DNA of 64,000 nucleotides, taken from the NCBI GenBank assembly GCA_900319305.1, contig ONNY01000010.1, forward strand, positions 16,391 through 80,390, in the 5' to 3' direction. Position 1 is the first letter of the stretch; each line of letters starts with the position of its first letter. A program made the translations under genes and the position numbers. This document shows positions 59,414 through 64,000 of the stretch, piece by piece. The notes under the pieces are model-generated. The model did not search any database, was not told the origin of the DNA, and saw nothing but the letters and a program-made list of their open reading frames with translations. This DNA comes from an uncultured Prevotella sp. (GTDB lineage: Bacteria; Bacteroidota; Bacteroidia; Bacteroidales; Bacteroidaceae).

Positions 59414-60229
59414 ATGGCAAAGAAAAAGATATTGTTCATCAACCAGGAGATCTCTCCGTACGTCCCCGACAATAACTTGTCACTTATGGGAAAGAGCCTT
59501 CCGCAAGCAATGCAGGAACGTAATCATGAAATTCGTACGTTTATGCCGAAATGGGGCACCATTAACGAGCGTCGCGGACAACTTCATGAGGTGATCCGTC
59601 TGTCGGGTATGAATCTGATCATCAACGATACCGATCACCCCTTGATTATCAAGGTGGCTTCGATCCCGTCGGCCAGAGTACAGGTGTACTTCATCGATAA
59701 TGACGATTATTTCGGCAAACGACTGATGGAGAAGGACGAGCAGGGAGAAGACTATACCGACAACGGTGAGCGTGCCATATTCTTTGCCCGCGGTGTGCTG
59801 GAAACGGTAAAGAAACTCCGTTGGATTCCAGACATCATCCATTGTCAAGGTTGGATGAGTGCTGCTATCCCCTTCTATGTGAAGACCGCCTATCATGATG
59901 AGCCGTCGTTTGCAGAGACGAAGGTGGTAACATCCCTCTTTGCACAGAGTCTCGAAAAGAAATTAGGCAGTGACTTCAAGCAATGTCTGGAGTTCCGTGA
60001 GGGGCGTGCCGAGCTGTTGAAGGACTATAAGGATAACTTTGATTTTAATGAACTGTCAAAAATGGCCATCGCGTACAGCGACGGTGTTGTGGTGGCAGAT
60101 AAAGATGTGAAGAAGAGTCTCGTGGACTTTGCCAAAGAGAAAAACATCCCTGTGCTGGGCTACAAAGAAGATTTTGCCGAGGCCTACGAGTCATTCTACG
60201 AACAGTTGTTCCCCGAGGAGGACGAATAA
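59414..60229 (+). CDS. Glycogen/starch synthase N-terminal (GT5) domain protein
   Basis: R.FMP..G.INERR.QLHEVIRLSG, PDIIHC.GW. Confidence 0.85.
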   Translation: MAKKKILFINQEISPYVPDNNLSLMGKSLPQAMQERNHEIRTFMPKWGTINERRGQLHEVIRLSGMNLIINDTDHPLIIKVASIPSARVQVYFIDNDDYFGKRLMEKDEQGEDYTDNGERAIFFARGVLETVKKLRWIPDIIHCQGWMSAAIPFYVKTAYHDEPSFAETKVVTSLFAQSLEKKLGSDFKQCLEFREGRAELLKDYKDNFDFNELSKMAIAYSDGVVVADKDVKKSLVDFAKEKNIPVLGYKEDFAEAYESFYEQLFPEEDE

Positions 60230-60260
60230 AAACGAAAAATAGATACCCACTGAAAGATAT

Positions 60261-61724
60261 ATGAAGATAAGATTGTTGACAGCGATTGCATTCACGGCAA
60301 TGGCAATATTCTCTTGTAGTGAAGATACGAATAATATCGGAGGTTCACTTACACAGGACACGGATAACTTGAAGATTAGCACAGGAATATATCAGGCGAC
60401 CTCCAAATCGATTTTGGCCGACTCAGTCTATGCCCGTAACTTCGATTGCTATTTCGGTATGGTGAAAGATCCCGAGACCGACACCTACGTGAAGAACGAG
60501 TATATGGCGCAGTTTAATATGCTAGAGGATCTGATCATGCCTAAAAAAGATTCCATCATGAGTAAGGTTGGCGATGAGATCGTAGCAGACTCTTGTGAGA
60601 TCTGGTTCTACTTTGACAAGGCCAACTGTTATGGCGACTCCCTTACCCCGATGAAGATGCGTGTGATGGAGTTGAACAAGGCGATGGACTCTGAGGCTAC
60701 CTACTATAGTAACTATGATCCTGAAAAGGAGGGTTACATCAGAAAAGACGGTCTGCAGAAAGATATTGTGTTCACATTAGCCAATCTCACCTACTCTGAT
60801 AGCGCTCGTAGCGTAACTGGTTATGTTGACATCGGGCGTGTGACCATCAATGACTCATACAAGGACAAGAACGGTAAGACTTATAAGAACTTTGGTTCAT
60901 ATATCCTGCAAAACTATTATGATCATCCCGAGTATTTCAAAAACTCCTATACATTTGTACACAACCTCTGTCCAGGCTTCTACTTTAAGCATATTGACGG
61001 ACTGGGTGTGATGGCAAAAATGTCACGTATCGAGATGAAAACCTACTTCAGATACGCAGCCGGAAAGACTATTAATGCGGTACTGACGTTGGCATCTACT
61101 TCTGAGGTACTACAGACCGTGAAAGTTACCAACGACAAGGAAGGACTGGAACGACTGGTGAGTGATGATAACTGCACCTATCTGAAAGCACCTGCAGGAA
61201 TCTTTACCGAGGTGACACTGCCTGTGGAGGAAATCATGAAAGATAATACCTCCCTCGATTATCTGCTCTCTGTCAGTATGAGTTTCGAGCGACTGAACAG
61301 TCTGAATCCGAATGATAAATATAACTTTGCCGCACCTTCGACCATCTTATTGCTGCCGAAGGACAGTCTGTATACTTTCTTTGAGAAAGAGAAGACCTAC
61401 GACTACAAACGTTTTTATGTAGCTACACTTTCAAAGAATAATTACGCCTTTACGAATTTAGGTGATCTGATCTCAAGTATGTATGTGGATTTGATCTTAG
61501 GAACACTTGATGATCCTGATTGGGTAAAGAAACACCCAGACTGGAACAAGGTAGTGCTGGTACCCATCACACAACCCAAGACAATTACCGTCACTACGAA
61601 CAGTGGTAGCACTACGACATCGACGACACCTATCAGTAACCAGATTGGTCTGTCGTGTACACAATTGGTCGGCGGTAAGAACTCACCGATAGACATCAAG
61701 GTGATCTTCGCGAAATTCCTATAG
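60261..61724 (+). CDS. DUF4270-like lipoprotein
   Basis: Lipobox IFSC, G...DP, YLK.PAG; follows the GT5-domain gene. Confidence 0.75.
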   Translation: MKIRLLTAIAFTAMAIFSCSEDTNNIGGSLTQDTDNLKISTGIYQATSKSILADSVYARNFDCYFGMVKDPETDTYVKNEYMAQFNMLEDLIMPKKDSIMSKVGDEIVADSCEIWFYFDKANCYGDSLTPMKMRVMELNKAMDSEATYYSNYDPEKEGYIRKDGLQKDIVFTLANLTYSDSARSVTGYVDIGRVTINDSYKDKNGKTYKNFGSYILQNYYDHPEYFKNSYTFVHNLCPGFYFKHIDGLGVMAKMSRIEMKTYFRYAAGKTINAVLTLASTSEVLQTVKVTNDKEGLERLVSDDNCTYLKAPAGIFTEVTLPVEEIMKDNTSLDYLLSVSMSFERLNSLNPNDKYNFAAPSTILLLPKDSLYTFFEKEKTYDYKRFYVATLSKNNYAFTNLGDLISSMYVDLILGTLDDPDWVKKHPDWNKVVLVPITQPKTITVTTNSGSTTTSTTPISNQIGLSCTQLVGGKNSPIDIKVIFAKFL

Positions 61725-61735
61725 AGACAAGTGCT

Positions 61736-61864
61736 ATGGCTGACGGATTTCTCGAGAAACATCATGAAGCGTATGAGGCCCGCAAGGAAGCGTGGCTCAG
61801 AAAGAAGAAACACTTGCCCAAAATAACCAAAAGAATAGAGCGCCCGGATGACGAGGCGCTCTAA
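61736..61864 (+). CDS. Small 42-aa protein (not in ORF track)
   Basis: MADGFLEKHHEAYEARKEAWLRKKKHLPKITKRIERPDDEAL*, 11 nt after the upstream stop. Confidence 0.6.
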   Translation: MADGFLEKHHEAYEARKEAWLRKKKHLPKITKRIERPDDEAL

Positions 61865-61873
61865 TTCTTTTAA

Positions 61874-64000
61874 TTATCCGATTATTTTGTATTTGGCAAA
61901 CTTTAACAGCAACTGTTTAGTACCTGCGTTCTTAAACTCCACAGTTGCCTTGGTGTTCTCACCAGTACCCTCAATCCGGGTCACAATGCCAATACCAAAA
62001 CGCTGATGCTCGATTTTGGCGCCTTCCCGTAAGTCACTGGGACTGGGAACTGTCGCCATAGGGCGTGGAGCCACAGCATTATACACGCGTTTGAAGTTAG
62101 GACCGAAGGGATAGACAGGTTTCTCAGGTTGACGGGGTGCAACAGCACGAGGCTTCGGATCAGCCTTAAACTGTGTCGCTACCGGTCTTGGGTTCTGCAT
62201 CCATTCAGGACCATCGCTGCGGTAGTTGCGGTTCCTTTCAAAGGAAGGCTTTTCTATAGTGCTGTCAGATTGTAACTGCAACAGTTCTGGATCGATATCG
62301 CGGATGAAGCGCGAAGGTGTATCATATTCCATACGGCCATAGCGCCAACGGTTCTGGGCACAGGTAAGGATGCAATGTTTCTCGGCACGTGTGATTGCCA
62401 CATAGAGCAACCGGCGTTCCTCCTCAAGTTCACGCATGGAGTTGGTACACATCGGACTGGGGAAAATATTCTCTTCAAGTCCCACTACAAACACCGTAGG
62501 GAACTCTAGTCCTTTAGCGGAATGAATCGTCATCAACGTTACCTTGTCATTGGAGTCACCGTCATCACTATCCAGATCAGTGAGTAGCGCCACTTCCTGC
62601 AAGAAATCAGGCAAGTAAATCTGATCAGCCATATCCTCTTCGCGGCGTGACTCCACAAAATCCTGCATACCACTCAGGAATTCCTCTAAGTTCTCCTGAC
62701 GGGAGATGTCCTCAGGGTTACGGCCCGAATAAATATCCTTGCTGATTCCTGAGTTCATGATGATGTCGTGGCCTAAGGTGTAGGCATCCTCCGTGTTGAG
62801 TCGGGAGATCCATCCCTCTATCAGTTCACGGAAGTTCTGGAGTTTGCTCATCGTTCCCTTGCTGACCTCCATCGGGAATAGTACGGGCTCCTTGATGACC
62901 TGCCAAAGACTGACGCCATAAGCCTGGGCCGTCTGGACAATCTTCCCGATAGTCGTATCCCCGATTCCTCGTGCCGGGTAGTTGACGATACGCTTAAATG
63001 CCTCTTCATCATTGGGGTTGGCAATCAGACGGAAATAGGCTATCACATCCTTGATTTCCTTGCGCTGATAGAAACTCAGTCCACCGTAGATACGATAAGG
63101 AATATTATCTTTACGCATCTGTTCCTCGAAGGAACGACTCTGGGAATTGGTACGATAAAGAATGGCGAAGTCGCTCCATGAACAGTGATCCTGTCGACGG
63201 ATGCGTTTGATGTCCTGTGTAACGATCATGGCCTCTTCCTTATCAGAGTATGCCGGTTTCAGTTGCAAACGTTCCCCATGCTCGTTCTTAGAGAACACAT
63301 TCTTTGGAATCTGACGCTCATTCCGACGGATCAGCGAGTTGGCAGCCTGTACAATCAACTGTGTAGAGCGATAGTTTTGTTCCAGTTTGAAGAGACGTGC
63401 ATTCTGATACTGCGACTGGAAGTTAAGGATATTGTCGATGTTGGCCCCACGAAACGAGTAGATGCTCTGAGCATCATCACCCACAACGCACACTTTCTGA
63501 CGCTCTTTCGTCAACTGATAGACGATGGCCTGTTGTGCGTAGTTGGTGTCCTGATACTCATCGACCAGTACGAACTGAAACTTCTCTACATATTTCTGTC
63601 GGATATCCTCGTGGTTTTGGAACAACATCCACGTCTGCACCAGCAGATCGTCGAAGTCCATCGCATTCGCCTGACGGCACCGTTCCGCGTACCTTATATA
63701 TATAGTTGACACCTGTGGACGCTTCTGTTGGGCGTCGTCACTCGCCCAAGCACTCTGGGCATAGTGCTGCGGTAATAGCAAATGGTTTTTCGCCATCGAA
63801 ATACGGTCAGCCACCGATGAGGGCTTATACACCTTATCGTCGAGGCCCAACTCCTTGATAATGGCTTTCACCAGTGAACGAGCATCGGTCTGATCATAGA
63901 TCGTAAAGTTGGAGGAATAGCCAATCTTATCAGCCTCCGCCCTTAGAATACGGGCAAAGACACTATGGAAGGTACCCATCTGGAGATAACGAGCATGTTC
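61874..64000 (-). CDS. uvrD: UvrD/PcrA helicase (5' end outside window)
   Basis: GTFHS, VDEYQD, GDDAQSIY.FRGA, LEQNYRS, EERRL.YVAITRA, C-terminal Tudor-like domain. Confidence 0.95.
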   Translation of the reverse strand, partial: EHARYLQMGTFHSVFARILRAEADKIGYSSNFTIYDQTDARSLVKAIIKELGLDDKVYKPSSVADRISMAKNHLLLPQHYAQSAWASDDAQQKRPQVSTIYIRYAERCRQANAMDFDDLLVQTWMLFQNHEDIRQKYVEKFQFVLVDEYQDTNYAQQAIVYQLTKERQKVCVVGDDAQSIYSFRGANIDNILNFQSQYQNARLFKLEQNYRSTQLIVQAANSLIRRNERQIPKNVFSKNEHGERLQLKPAYSDKEEAMIVTQDIKRIRRQDHCSWSDFAILYRTNSQSRSFEEQMRKDNIPYRIYGGLSFYQRKEIKDVIAYFRLIANPNDEEAFKRIVNYPARGIGDTTIGKIVQTAQAYGVSLWQVIKEPVLFPMEVSKGTMSKLQNFRELIEGWISRLNTEDAYTLGHDIIMNSGISKDIYSGRNPEDISRQENLEEFLSGMQDFVESRREEDMADQIYLPDFLQEVALLTDLDSDDGDSNDKVTLMTIHSAKGLEFPTVFVVGLEENIFPSPMCTNSMRELEEERRLLYVAITRAEKHCILTCAQNRWRYGRMEYDTPSRFIRDIDPELLQLQSDSTIEKPSFERNRNYRSDGPEWMQNPRPVATQFKADPKPRAVAPRQPEKPVYPFGPNFKRVYNAVAPRPMATVPSPSDLREGAKIEHQRFGIGIVTRIEGTGENTKATVEFKNAGTKQLLLKFAKYKIIG

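Noticed and set aside
59414-60229. Truncated glycogen synthase pseudogene
   Set aside because: A stand-alone GT5 N-domain next to a DUF4270 lipoprotein is a normal Bacteroidota arrangement, and the ORF ends cleanly.

Overview
A Bacteroidota (Prevotella-like) chromosomal segment, judged from TTTG-N20-TAnnTTTG promoters, no Shine-Dalgarno sites and gene content. About 1-11.9 kb is accessory DNA. The main candidate for an undescribed system is a tight six-gene minus-strand operon (5871->1087): a 49-aa ORF, two different proteins that each align by eye with the Ku beta-barrel (a possible heterodimeric Ku), an ATP-dependent DNA ligase with a WGR-like tail and no LigD POL/PE domains, a minimal RadA/Sms-like ATPase and a DUF932-like protein. 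It may be a non-canonical end-joining or break-repair module. Next to it is an integrase-less primase/SSB/M15-peptidase module with a phased operator array and in-frame palindromic insertions. The rest is mostly housekeeping (cdd, 4 tRNAs, ftsK, tilS, galE, ispE, tgt, lon, dnaN, recN, dnaB, rarA, hppA, hisS, purA, recQ, uvrD). Exceptions are a catalytically dead S66 homologue, a 5' frameshift in a conserved-looking gene and a HigBA-type islet with a 22-bp periodic palindrome array. All family calls come from motif recognition by eye; no database search was run.
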